Part shown: positions 54,472-64,000 of the stretch, in pieces
How the letters are laid out: each line of letters starts with the position of its first letter
How positions within the stretch are numbered: position 1 is the stretch's first letter
IMG/VR virus record: IMGVR_UViG_3300033153_010610
Span: 1 to 64,000 of that record
From: a virus
Strand: one strand, 5' to 3'
Length of the DNA stretch: 64,000 nt
Notes under the pieces: model-generated
Seen by the model: the letters and a program-made list of their open reading frames with translations, nothing else
Told to the model about the DNA's origin: nothing
Database searches by the model: none
Program-made: the position numbers and the translations under genes

Positions 54472-54903
54472 ATGTCAAAAGTCGCCGTCCTAAGTCCTCC
54501 TGAGAGCCCTGAAGTTGTTCGCGAGGTCCAGGAGGAAGCACTCATCAACGAGAAGCCGGCGGCGGCTGAACCGGTCGGGCGTTACAAGAGCTTCAAGATC
54601 GACGTCTGGTCCAAATTCCTCGAGCGTCAGTTGAAGGGGACGTTCGTCAACGACATCCTGACTCCTCGGATGAACATCACCGTCGGCTCCGTAAAGTCCC
54701 AACTCCTTGCCGGAGCGAGCGCGACTACATTGGACGGCGGCACTCAAGTCACAGCCGAGAAGATCGCTCATCTGTCCGTCTCTCTGAGCGAAAAGCCGGA
54801 CTGGTTCGAGCCGCAATCCTTCGAGGACTCCAAGGTCCTTGAGCTTATCTACCAGGAGGCGGCCTCTCATGAGGCCACTTTTTGGGGGTCGGAGCCCGAC
54901 TAA
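54472..54903 (+). CDS. Tail assembly chaperone
   Basis: Between tube and tape measure; L.V.L...PDW motif. Confidence 0.7.
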   Translation: MSKVAVLSPPESPEVVREVQEEALINEKPAAAEPVGRYKSFKIDVWSKFLERQLKGTFVNDILTPRMNITVGSVKSQLLAGASATTLDGGTQVTAEKIAHLSVSLSEKPDWFEPQSFEDSKVLELIYQEAASHEATFWGSEPD

Positions 54904-55285
54904 AACAGGTAAGCCACCCAATCCGCTGCAGACCATTCTAGATGGTGTTCGCCAGCGGTCGAATACACTTACAAGTCAAGTGCGCCTTTGGTGGGAGACC
55001 CAGTGGTCACAACCATCTCGTGGCAATTCGCTGTGGGAGGATGTGCCTTTTACGGACCATCTTCGTTCGCTCCTAGAGCGACGTCTAAATGAAGGCGTGG
55101 TACCCTTGATCCATGAAGGGAACCTCTACCTTTACGAGGATGAGGCTGGCCATATCATGCAAGAGAAGCGTGATGATGGGATGACGTACTTGACGTACTT
55201 CGACGAGAATACAGACGATTGGGTGATGCGGGAGTTCGGTGAGGGATCAGACTTCCAGAATCCGTTGGAGTTGCTGAATGCGTGA
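54869..55285 (+). CDS. Second tail assembly chaperone ORF (own ATG at 54869, or reached by +1 frameshift)
   Basis: Overlaps the chaperone gene in the +1 frame; AGGAGG 9 nt before ATG; TTTTTGGGGG in the overlap. Confidence 0.6.
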   Translation: MRPLFGGRSPTKTGKPPNPLQTILDGVRQRSNTLTSQVRLWWETQWSQPSRGNSLWEDVPFTDHLRSLLERRLNEGVVPLIHEGNLYLYEDEAGHIMQEKRDDGMTYLTYFDENTDDWVMREFGEGSDFQNPLELLNA

Positions 55286-57515
55286 CGTAAAAGTCGGTTT
55301 TACAATTGAGAGTTCTCAATGGCGCGAGTGGGCCGCCGACGCGCGTTTCGCATTCAACATGGCTCAGACGGCTGGCGATAAAGCCTCCGCAAAACTGAAG
55401 TCTGGTTCAGAACAACTCAAAGACTCCCTTCGAGCACAAAACAACGAACTGACAAGTCTGGCTCGTTCACATACAGAAAACGCCAGAGTCTTGAACCGAA
55501 GCGCACGGGGATGGACTCAACTAGGCCTAGTCCAAAAAGGCGTCACGACTGGATTACAGAAGAGCCTCGAGGGTCTCACGCGTCGCTACGAGGCTTATGA
55601 CATCGCCTCAGTCAGGTCCATTGAGACGCAGAAGACTAGGGTCTCTGGGATCAAAGAAGAGGTCCGATATACCAAGGAACTCATTCAGATACATGACAAA
55701 GAGGCTAAGAAGAGCACGGCTACTCCTGCTCAGAAAGCCGCCTCTGAGCTCGCTTCTCAACTTGAGGGCGCTAACCTCGTCAGCAAGCAGATCAGTTTGA
55801 GAACAGAGTCTGAATCCCTCCGAAAGATGCGTGAAGCTAAAACGTTAGATAAGGCCGAAGGGCAGGCGAAGAGTCTCGTTATCCGGGATGACATCTCGCT
55901 AAGCCGCAAGGACCAAGACTTCTTGTACGCTAAGGCGGCCGAGGAAAGGACAAGAGCGACCATAGCGAGTTCTGACGCTGCAAACGTTAGGAACATTACC
56001 GCTGAGCGCAAAGCCCAGGCCAAAATCATGGTCGAGGATGAAACGCGGAAAGAGGAAGCAGAAGCGCTTCGCCTTGAAGCCCGCGCTAATTCTCCGCTCG
56101 GCCGACTCAGAGGCTGGGCTGGAGGCAAAGACATCAACTATGGGTGGGCCGGCCAAGGCATGGGGAACGCCTACCAAAACCTCGCTACAGGTGATGCGAC
56201 GAACCCCATCGGGGCTATCGCTCCGGTGGTCGGGGCCATAGGGTCTATAGCTGGTACCGCTGGTGGCGGGCTGGCGGGTCTAATTTCTGACCTGAACATC
56301 CCGCTCATCAGTGCAGCAGGAGGGTTCATGCGGAGGTTTGCGGAGGTCGCCGGCCCCATGGCGGAGGCGGTGCTTATCTCTGGCATGGAGAACGCCCAAC
56401 AGGTCTATGGGAAGTATGCCGGGTATGAAAGTTCCGTATACCAGGCAGCCCCATTTCTGGGAATGGCTAGTAATTTGACGATGCCGAGAGGGCGCGCTGG
56501 AGTTGATGGTGACATCTTCAGCCTCATGGAACAGCAGGGGTATGACCCATCGTCTGGTATCCAAGCCATTAGCCAATTAGCGCAGGCCTCAGGAACTAAC
56601 TTTGGGGGCCTTGAGTCTGGAGGCGTAGAATTCCTGAACATGTTGCGCAGCGGGATTGGAGAGCAAGGCATCACCGGAATGATGGGACTGGGGCGTCTCG
56701 GTGGTGGTGGCGGAGGTGAAGCGAACGCCTTTTCTGCACTCACTGCCCTAATGCGCACATCTCAAGGATTAGGGATGCCTCCTCAAATGGCGTCTCAATT
56801 GGCTTCCGGGTTTGGAAGTATGCTCGGAGGTATTGGGGATTCTGGCGTCGACTTCAACCTAGAAGGATTGACGACCAACCTTGGGGAGTACAGTGCGTTC
56901 TCTGGCCTTGAGGGGACCCGTGGACTCACGGCTATGCAAGGCATGTCCAACGTGATGGGCCGAGCCTCTCAGGGCGGCATGGACCCGATGATGCAGAGCC
57001 TCATCTGGGGAGCAGCCAAAGACATCGGCGTCACTGACTATCTCAGCATCATGAGGCTCCTTGAGCAGCGTGACCCTGACCTCATGGAAGCGATCCGCTT
57101 ACGAATGTCCGGTCTCGGCCCGATGGGCGGCTTAATTGCATCTCGGGCTGGGGTTGGGAGCATCGGGATATCTGAGAACTTTTTGGCTGGAGAGATGGGT
57201 GGTGCGCCCGCTGGTGCTCAGTACGAAGCACAGATCTCGCGGGGTCAAATGGTCGAAGCCAATGTTGAAGGCGCCCAAATTGCCGCCGGGGCTCCTCTGG
57301 CTGATAGCGTAGAGACGTTGTCACGTAGCTTAATTACCCTGCAGGCAAGTAGTGCGGCGGTAGGCATCGCATTCACCGAGATCGTTGAGCAATTTCTCCC
57401 GGCATTGAGCGGCATGCTCGTGGGTATAACGGCCGAATCTCTGGAATTTGTAGGTGCAGTTACGGCCGAACAGGCTGACGAACTTCACAAATCCTCAGCA
57501 CCTGCTACTCGTTAG
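55278..57515 (+). CDS. Tail tape measure protein
   Basis: Helical N-terminal half, G/A/M-rich C-terminal half; position. Confidence 0.8.
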   Translation: MRDVKVGFTIESSQWREWAADARFAFNMAQTAGDKASAKLKSGSEQLKDSLRAQNNELTSLARSHTENARVLNRSARGWTQLGLVQKGVTTGLQKSLEGLTRRYEAYDIASVRSIETQKTRVSGIKEEVRYTKELIQIHDKEAKKSTATPAQKAASELASQLEGANLVSKQISLRTESESLRKMREAKTLDKAEGQAKSLVIRDDISLSRKDQDFLYAKAAEERTRATIASSDAANVRNITAERKAQAKIMVEDETRKEEAEALRLEARANSPLGRLRGWAGGKDINYGWAGQGMGNAYQNLATGDATNPIGAIAPVVGAIGSIAGTAGGGLAGLISDLNIPLISAAGGFMRRFAEVAGPMAEAVLISGMENAQQVYGKYAGYESSVYQAAPFLGMASNLTMPRGRAGVDGDIFSLMEQQGYDPSSGIQAISQLAQASGTNFGGLESGGVEFLNMLRSGIGEQGITGMMGLGRLGGGGGGEANAFSALTALMRTSQGLGMPPQMASQLASGFGSMLGGIGDSGVDFNLEGLTTNLGEYSAFSGLEGTRGLTAMQGMSNVMGRASQGGMDPMMQSLIWGAAKDIGVTDYLSIMRLLEQRDPDLMEAIRLRMSGLGPMGGLIASRAGVGSIGISENFLAGEMGGAPAGAQYEAQISRGQMVEANVEGAQIAAGAPLADSVETLSRSLITLQASSAAVGIAFTEIVEQFLPALSGMLVGITAESLEFVGAVTAEQADELHKSSAPATR

Positions 57516-57521
57516 GTTGAT

Positions 57522-60500
57522 ATGGGAACGCTTCGTACCTCTCAAGTCCGCGCCTACGTCTACCCGTTTGACGAAGAGCGGCCCATCGATGTCAGCAAGT
57601 ACCTCGTCAACATGCGAGTTTCTCGTAAGACGGATGTTGGAGGTGCGTGGAGCTTGGCTCTCGTCCCAGAGTTCCCGTTCATCTCTATACTACAGTTAGG
57701 CTCCTGGGTTCGCATTGAAGCTCAGACGGGCCCGGCGATGCGATTCCGAACGTTAGTGTGGGGGAGAATCGACATCGTCTCACGCAAAGTGGCGTCCACA
57801 GGCGCGGGAGCTCGTAAACGCATCCATGCGATTTCTGGACGTGACCACTCGGGCGTGTTCCTGGACTACGCTGTCTACTTCAATCCGTTCCTGTCGATGC
57901 GGACGGAACAACTTGGGGTCATTACCCCCGCCGCCCCTCTCCTGAGCCGAGACTTTGTGGATGGGATGGAACTTGCTGCTGCGGAGGGACTGGGGGGGAA
58001 TCCAGCTTCGTACGTCAAGTTCATCTACACGGTCTTCCTGGAGAGGGGAGTGTCATCCATACAGCGCTTCAGCCTCCCAACTTCTGCTGGGCCAGACATC
58101 CTCCGCACTGGGGCTGTGCTGACCGATAACCAGTACACAGAACTCGTTGACTTTATCTATGGTCCACAGGCAACGGCGCTCAGTCTGCCGGGGATGAAGG
58201 GCATCTTCTTCGACGATTCAATCCTGTCGACATCTGATGGTGGGCGTCTTTGGGATTTGATCCGCCAGTACAGTAACCCGTCCTTCAACGAGTTCTTCTT
58301 CACGATCAACAAAGCTACGGGCCGTCCGGAAATCCAATTCCGAGAGCGACCATTCCCGGCCTACGCACTTCGGCCGAGTCCTCTAGAAACCGATTCCATC
58401 GCGGCAGCGATAAGGTCAGTTCGTAATCGAGCACGCGGGTCCCGCGAGATCTATATCGCTTCCCAACAGTGGGAAGACATTCTGGGTGTTGCGGTGTCCG
58501 GGCGCGACTTGTCAGCCATTAGCGTTTCTCGGGACGAGCAAGCTCGGTACAATTATTGGATGTTGTTCGCCGATGGGACGCCGTTACTTCATCAAGACCA
58601 GGTCTTTATGATGGGGGATGGCTATGATGATGGTGCGCCCATCTTGGATTTGGATTCCATCCAGAGATATGGGCTCAAGCGCTTTGAGGCGACCACCTAT
58701 TACACTGGCTACCACGCTGATGCGACGGCAGAAATCTGGATCATCCCAGCGAGTTACTGGCTGGCCCAGTTGTATTCCTGGTACTCGCTCGGGCCTTCGT
58801 TCCTGAAAGGTACAGCGAGCCTGCCATACCTCGAGCGGGCAGAAGTAGGTGAACGCTTCTGGGTCAAGGAAGACGATGGTGGGTTCACAGAGTACTACAT
58901 TAACGGCGTAACCTGGCAGTGGTCTAAGGGTGCTCAGGGAGAGAGTAAGGCGTCAACCAACCTCACGATATCTCGCGGCATCACTGGAATTAACGGGACG
59001 GTTCATCGCGGCGAACACCATGACCTGTTGGAGTGGGACGTCTCCAACAATTACCCGCTTCCTATGCCACCTCCACGAGACGTGAAGACCCTCCTGGAAG
59101 CTGCAGCCCTGGACCACCGTACTTGGAATGACCCAAGCCAATTCGACCGGGAGTCGAGCAATATCGACTTTGAATCTGGTTGGGAGATCAATCGACAGCC
59201 GTTGGAGTACCAAACCTCTGACGCGTCTCTGGTCTCGACACTCGTGGATATGTGGTCTGCCCGAGCTGAGAACTGCCCGCCAAGATACTCGACCAGAGAA
59301 ACCTTGAACGACAACATGTTTGGGACGGCCTATGTTGCGTACTTCGAGGGCGACGGAGGTGCTCTCGGAACTGGGGATGAGGATGCAGAAGGCTACTTCT
59401 ACCATGCCGACGATGAGTTGAGTGAAGCCACGCTGATTGATACGTCACATGAGGCGGAGGAACAAACACAACTCACGTATGTCGACCTCGACATTTTGGG
59501 GTTCTTAGGTTCGAGCAGTTTCGGGGGCGATAATCCAATCGCCGTTGTGCTGCATTCTACAGCAACTACTACGTACGGGCGTGGGAGGGGGACGCGTCGA
59601 TTCAACACGTTCATGCGTAATCATGAATACGACGAAGCCCTGACGGCGATTGCCAATTTGTTCACCAACAATTGGATCTCTCACGAGGTGCCTCTCTCAT
59701 TAACAACTCATTTCCTGATTTCGCTAGAGGGCTTCATTGTCCAATTCCTTCCGCTCAATAAAGAGGCGTGGAGCGCTGGATCCGCCGCGAACGATTTAGC
59801 GATTGCTATCGACCTAGAAGGTAAGCCCAGAGATCATACGAAGGCCCAAAAGGAGTCTCTCCGTTTGTTGCTAGAGTCGTCGGAACTTCGTCGGATGGCC
59901 ATCTTCCCACATCGCTCAATCCCACCTACCACGCACACTGACCCCGATGGGCATGTCGAGTCCGATTGGGGATGGGGCACACCGCCGTATCATATGGTAG
60001 CAGTCCCCGCGGAACCTTCAGCAGGTCCTCCTCGAGTCCCTCTCGGGATGGAAGTAGGTGGTCATGTGGACTCTTGGGAGGGCGACGTCCAGAGGATTTC
60101 AGCGGAGTTGCTGGCCTACACAGGCCCCCGCAATCTCTCCGGCCCTATCAGTTCTCTCGTTGGTAACGCCGCGCATATAAATGCAGCGGAGGGATGGAGT
60201 TTAGATGGGGTATCTCTCTACACCGATCGCACATCTTCGTTTGTAGGGTCGCAGCAAGTCTTGTATGGGATTCCTGTCGGGCTTGATATGGTGGATACGG
60301 GCGTGTACCAGAATCTCCTCTGGGAGAATGGGGTCGAGATAGCCGATGTAGCAGACCTGACGTACCTACGCGACCCAAGGAAGGTCCAGGAGCTCGCGGA
60401 AGCGGGCGTTGAGCCCTTCTGGTACGATTCGGATGACGAGCGGACGATGTTTGCTATCCCGCCTCCGAGTTACTACCCCAACATCTTGCCTGCCTTGTTG

Positions 60501-61484
60501 CTACTTCAAGCCGCGTGGTCGGGCCCGGCTGAGAGGGGCGGGCTTGGTCGTCCTTTGAGCACTTTCCGCGAGTACTTTGAGTTCACAGGAGCGTACCGGC
60601 CTCCGGCTTACAATCAGGCTACTGGAGTCAATCCAAATCCTTCCGTAACACTGTCGCCGGCAGGTCCAGATGCCGACGGATCGATGTACCGATTCAACCA
60701 TGCGCTCTCATTCCGGTTGAAGATGACGCCAACTGTGTACGGCTCTGGCTCAATATCAGACAGCATATGGGGTGAAGTCGACGAGCGTGTCCGCGAGTCC
60801 GATGTCGTGAGCTTTGTGTCCTCCATAGACCAGGAGACGGCATCAATCCACAGAGATGAGGATACCGTCTTGGACGGGCCAGCGGCCAGAGACCAGGTTG
60901 ATGTAGCGGAAGATAGTGATGATTTGCTCACACTGGAAGCACTCGAAACGGCTACTGGCTCAGATGACTTCTTGAGCGAATCTTTAGGGTTGCCGGAAGG
61001 GTTCATTTCCGAGACGCTATATCAAACTATGGCGACTGCTCTCCAAAGTCGGGTAACGTTCTCGTCAGCCGCAGATCATCCACTGCAAGTATCAACTCTT
61101 GGGACTGACCTGTGGTACGCCCTGGAGGCGGTCCGGTCTACAGTTCTAGATGCTGACGGCGAGTTGGTTACACGGTCGATAACCAGCGTGGACGAAGAGG
61201 GGGTAGAAACGACGAGGGACGTCGTCATACACCCCAAAGTTCGCAAGTTGTACAACGCCTATCTGAAGTTCCACGAACAGCACGTCGATGACGGTGATGA
61301 TTCATTCGATGAGTACGGCACCTTCCTCCCGCGGGTAATCTACCTCACACATATCGACGCCGGGTTCTCCAGCGATCTCGACCCTAATGAAGACCAGGTA
61401 GTCCCGAGCCCCAGCCCAGATGGGGTAGTTAGAGAGAGTACCTTACACATCAGAGCAAACTCTTCGATAGCGAGGGACCTGTGA
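57522..61484 (+). CDS. Baseplate hub protein fused to cell-wall hydrolase domains
   Basis: Hub features (ISGRD, NPSFNEFF, RERPF, SIQRYGLKR); Amidase_2 motifs at about 59530-59950; M15-like segment at about 60480-60725. Confidence 0.8.
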   Translation: MGTLRTSQVRAYVYPFDEERPIDVSKYLVNMRVSRKTDVGGAWSLALVPEFPFISILQLGSWVRIEAQTGPAMRFRTLVWGRIDIVSRKVASTGAGARKRIHAISGRDHSGVFLDYAVYFNPFLSMRTEQLGVITPAAPLLSRDFVDGMELAAAEGLGGNPASYVKFIYTVFLERGVSSIQRFSLPTSAGPDILRTGAVLTDNQYTELVDFIYGPQATALSLPGMKGIFFDDSILSTSDGGRLWDLIRQYSNPSFNEFFFTINKATGRPEIQFRERPFPAYALRPSPLETDSIAAAIRSVRNRARGSREIYIASQQWEDILGVAVSGRDLSAISVSRDEQARYNYWMLFADGTPLLHQDQVFMMGDGYDDGAPILDLDSIQRYGLKRFEATTYYTGYHADATAEIWIIPASYWLAQLYSWYSLGPSFLKGTASLPYLERAEVGERFWVKEDDGGFTEYYINGVTWQWSKGAQGESKASTNLTISRGITGINGTVHRGEHHDLLEWDVSNNYPLPMPPPRDVKTLLEAAALDHRTWNDPSQFDRESSNIDFESGWEINRQPLEYQTSDASLVSTLVDMWSARAENCPPRYSTRETLNDNMFGTAYVAYFEGDGGALGTGDEDAEGYFYHADDELSEATLIDTSHEAEEQTQLTYVDLDILGFLGSSSFGGDNPIAVVLHSTATTTYGRGRGTRRFNTFMRNHEYDEALTAIANLFTNNWISHEVPLSLTTHFLISLEGFIVQFLPLNKEAWSAGSAANDLAIAIDLEGKPRDHTKAQKESLRLLLESSELRRMAIFPHRSIPPTTHTDPDGHVESDWGWGTPPYHMVAVPAEPSAGPPRVPLGMEVGGHVDSWEGDVQRISAELLAYTGPRNLSGPISSLVGNAAHINAAEGWSLDGVSLYTDRTSSFVGSQQVLYGIPVGLDMVDTGVYQNLLWENGVEIADVADLTYLRDPRKVQELAEAGVEPFWYDSDDERTMFAIPPPSYYPNILPALLLLQAAWSGPAERGGLGRPLSTFREYFEFTGAYRPPAYNQATGVNPNPSVTLSPAGPDADGSMYRFNHALSFRLKMTPTVYGSGSISDSIWGEVDERVRESDVVSFVSSIDQETASIHRDEDTVLDGPAARDQVDVAEDSDDLLTLEALETATGSDDFLSESLGLPEGFISETLYQTMATALQSRVTFSSAADHPLQVSTLGTDLWYALEAVRSTVLDADGELVTRSITSVDEEGVETTRDVVIHPKVRKLYNAYLKFHEQHVDDGDDSFDEYGTFLPRVIYLTHIDAGFSSDLDPNEDQVVPSPSPDGVVRESTLHIRANSSIARDL

Positions 61485-62503
61485 GACGTCGAGTACCCAC
61501 TGACGGATATGACCGGGCCCGTCATGTTCTGGAGTTGGGTATCGTACTCAACACCTACCTGCCAGGCCATCCGAGCAACAAGACGGGGTCCGATGTCGAG
61601 TGTGACGTCCTCCTCGTTGTCTCGCGTCAACTCCACCGGAATGTTCCGGTGATGCAGAAGGGGTCTGGTGTCAATTCTCAGTGGCCCAGATGGATACCTG
61701 TCCCGAGCACAAGAGACATGGCAGACCCAGAAGGGTCTGTGCAGATCGGGTTCAATCCGGACACGTCAAAATTATCGCGCTTGGATGACCTGGACGGAGA
61801 ACAAGTCATCGTAGGGTACGTACGGGGTAACAACACTGACCCCATCGTCATGGGTACCCTTGGGCATAGCCAAAGCAAACTGACCCCTAAGAGCCGAGAG
61901 GGCCGGCTACATCGACTGCTGCATCAAGGCACTGCAGTTGGTGTGAGCGAATCGGGGGCGCCCTTCCTAGACATCCGGCACTCAAAAGGGAGCGTCGCTA
62001 CCAAAGTGACAGTGGCCGTACTCGACCACCAGTCCGTAGATGTAGTCTCCCCTTCCGGCACTTTTTCAGTCCAGGCAGTTAGTGATGGTGTGCTGCTGAG
62101 GCATAGCGGGGGAGGGCGGGTATACTTCGACTCCCAAGGCAATTGCGGGGTGATCAGTGATTCACATAGGGCTGCCGTCCAGATGAGGGTGGGCCCCAGT
62201 TCGTTGGTGCTGGAACAGAACGCTAAGTCCGGTGTTTCCGTCTCAACCCTGGCTGGTAAGACCGTCCAATTGGTGGAGACCTCCAGCGAGTCTGCGAAGG
62301 GAGTCATCTCTCTCCGCGGGTCTGGCATTTCCGTCGAGAAGGACGGGGAGGAACTCCTCCAGATCATCTACGACCTGATGCAAGTTGTTGAAGGCCTTAC
62401 AGACAGTCAAACGGCTAATCCTGTTCTGACCCGTGGAAGTACAGTGATTGATTTGGTTCCGTTACTCCGAGCTCGCCTAGAGAAGATTGGAGACCTCGAA
62501 TGA
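61481..62503 (+). CDS. Baseplate central spike (gpV/gp5 OB-fold-like)
   Basis: ECDV, GEQVIVGYVRG....PIVMG, then beta-strand repeats. Confidence 0.75.
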   Translation: MRRRVPTDGYDRARHVLELGIVLNTYLPGHPSNKTGSDVECDVLLVVSRQLHRNVPVMQKGSGVNSQWPRWIPVPSTRDMADPEGSVQIGFNPDTSKLSRLDDLDGEQVIVGYVRGNNTDPIVMGTLGHSQSKLTPKSREGRLHRLLHQGTAVGVSESGAPFLDIRHSKGSVATKVTVAVLDHQSVDVVSPSGTFSVQAVSDGVLLRHSGGGRVYFDSQGNCGVISDSHRAAVQMRVGPSSLVLEQNAKSGVSVSTLAGKTVQLVETSSESAKGVISLRGSGISVEKDGEELLQIIYDLMQVVEGLTDSQTANPVLTRGSTVIDLVPLLRARLEKIGDLE

Positions 62504-64000
62504 CCACCGACTCTGACGTTCTAGGAACTGCGATACGGGACCAACTCGTCACCGACGGGCATATCGTCAATCCGGCCACCTTGAAGGGTGATGCGCTGCG
62601 CTCACACATGCGTACGCAGAACTACGATCGTCTGGAAGAGTGGTGGCAGTCGGTCGCCAAGCAACTGAGGTCTCTCACTGACTCCGTCACAGCCTCTGAC
62701 GTCTCCTCAGACGCCTTCGATGAGGTTACAGCCACCAACGTCCAGACTGCCCTTGAACAACTCGGCAACGCCTCCTCAATTCGCGTGGCTGCGCTCAATG
62801 GTCCTCAGTTCAACACCGTCCAAGAGGTCTTTGACATCACCCTCTCCGCGGGCATCGTCAGCGGAGGGGTTATCACCGACGATGGTGACGGGACCATCAG
62901 CGTGTCGGCCGGCGTAGGATTCATCCGAGCGACAGACTCTGATACCGCAGAGGTCTTGGCCTTCAGTTTCTCAGCGGAGAGCGGCACCCTAGTCAATCTC
63001 GTCGACAACTCTCTCAACTACGTCTACGTCGAGTACAATGCTGGCGTCCCCCGGATAGTTTCTGCGGCAACAGAGCCCACAAACCACAACATGAACGTGG
63101 TGCTCGGGTCCGTCCATCGAGCAGGGACTAACCTACATCCAACAGATCGCCGGGAACGTGTTGGCAACATTGCCCATCGCTTGTCGGAGCGGATGATTGG
63201 TGTTGACGGGCTGACTCATCAGACGGGCGGGATTGTAGGAGCGACTGGGGTTCGCAATCTATCGGCCACCGCAGGTACGTGGTGGCTTGGCCTGAATGAG
63301 ATCACCTCACGAGCATTCGATACGTCGGTAGGCGTCTTCCCAGACACGCTCATCACTTTCTATCGTGATGGTGCTGGCGACTGGACGGTCTTCACCGACC
63401 CTCAGGTCGACAACACTCAGTACGACGATGGGTCTGGAGTGCTGGCCGCCCTCGGCGTGAATCGATACGGCGTCCATTGGATCTTCATCGGTGTCGACGA
63501 CCACATCTATTCGATATTCGGGCGTGGCAACTACACGCTGAACCAAGCAAATGACTCGGATGCTCCGGTCGACCTCCCACCCCATCTCCAGGAGAACCAC
63601 GGCGCGCTCGCAGCCAAGGTCATCATTCAGGAGAGTGCAGCAGCGGTCACTTCGATTGAGTCGGCGTTCATCACCAAGCTCGCTTTCGGTGGTGTGACTG
63701 TTCATGCCGATCTGACTGGTCTAGTCGCTCCTGTTGATGATCATACTCAATACGTGCACGGGGCCGGCCGTGCCGGCGGCCAGGTCATCATTGGCGGCAC
63801 AGGTGCCGGAGATGACCTCACGCTGCAGACGACATCGAATGCAGCCAAGGGCTCCTACCTGTTCTCGGAACTCACGACCAACGGGTTTGTGAAGACCTCG
63901 TCGGGTACCGGCGCCTTGTCAGTCTCAGCCAGTGTTGACCTGACTACCGACGTCACGGGCATCTTGCCCCTGGAGAATGGCGGGACTGAACTCGACGCCA
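62500..64000 (+). CDS. Tail fibre or baseplate structural protein, partial (runs off right edge; not in the ORF track)
   Basis: ATGA overlap; open to the window end; ATNVQTALEQL, HADLTGL..DDHTQY and VTGILPLENGGT fibre-type motifs. Confidence 0.8.
   Translation, partial: MTTDSDVLGTAIRDQLVTDGHIVNPATLKGDALRSHMRTQNYDRLEEWWQSVAKQLRSLTDSVTASDVSSDAFDEVTATNVQTALEQLGNASSIRVAALNGPQFNTVQEVFDITLSAGIVSGGVITDDGDGTISVSAGVGFIRATDSDTAEVLAFSFSAESGTLVNLVDNSLNYVYVEYNAGVPRIVSAATEPTNHNMNVVLGSVHRAGTNLHPTDRRERVGNIAHRLSERMIGVDGLTHQTGGIVGATGVRNLSATAGTWWLGLNEITSRAFDTSVGVFPDTLITFYRDGAGDWTVFTDPQVDNTQYDDGSGVLAALGVNRYGVHWIFIGVDDHIYSIFGRGNYTLNQANDSDAPVDLPPHLQENHGALAAKVIIQESAAAVTSIESAFITKLAFGGVTVHADLTGLVAPVDDHTQYVHGAGRAGGQVIIGGTGAGDDLTLQTTSNAAKGSYLFSELTTNGFVKTSSGTGALSVSASVDLTTDVTGILPLENGGTELDA

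Noticed and set aside
61746-61761. T-loop-like GGGTTCAATCCGG
   Set aside because: Inside the spike CDS, with wrong loop and stem geometry and no companion hairpin

Overview
This window is part of a large, high-GC tailed phage genome with a contractile tail. The virion module follows SPO1/Twort-like (Herelleviridae-like) gene order. No integrase, canonical tRNA, rRNA or CRISPR array was seen, and the host cannot be identified from the sequence alone. Layout: (1) 1-8.0 kb is a minus-strand run of small acidic early-type genes with sigma70-like promoters. (2) 8.0-12.2 kb is mostly non-coding and rich in repeats and hairpins, holds a GATC-rich four-gene operon, and is a candidate origin or genome terminus. 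(3) 12.2-35.9 kb carries accessory and nucleic-acid genes: an Rnl1-like RNA ligase, an amidase, SLOG, Nmad1, a Mom-like protein, a C5 methyltransferase, MazG-like, ParB-like, SSB and a Dam-like methyltransferase. (4) 35.8-38.0 kb has TerL and GroES on the minus strand. (5) 38.1-64 kb has portal, prohead protease, capsid, neck, sheath, tube, tape measure, hub, spike and a fibre-like gene. The most striking unexplained signal is seven miniature tRNA-like elements (about 50-66 nt) at gene junctions in the early region, all on the coding strand. Each has a T-arm with a TTCRAHT loop; six have a clear upstream hairpin, and several have a YTGGT D-loop-like motif and an acceptor-like closing stem. They may be a tRNA-mimic RNA-processing or decoy system that doubles as a gene-shuffling repeat. 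Also notable is a C5 methyltransferase whose missing motif IX is encoded by a nested +1-frame ORF. All calls come from reading the sequence by eye; no database searches or folding programs were run.
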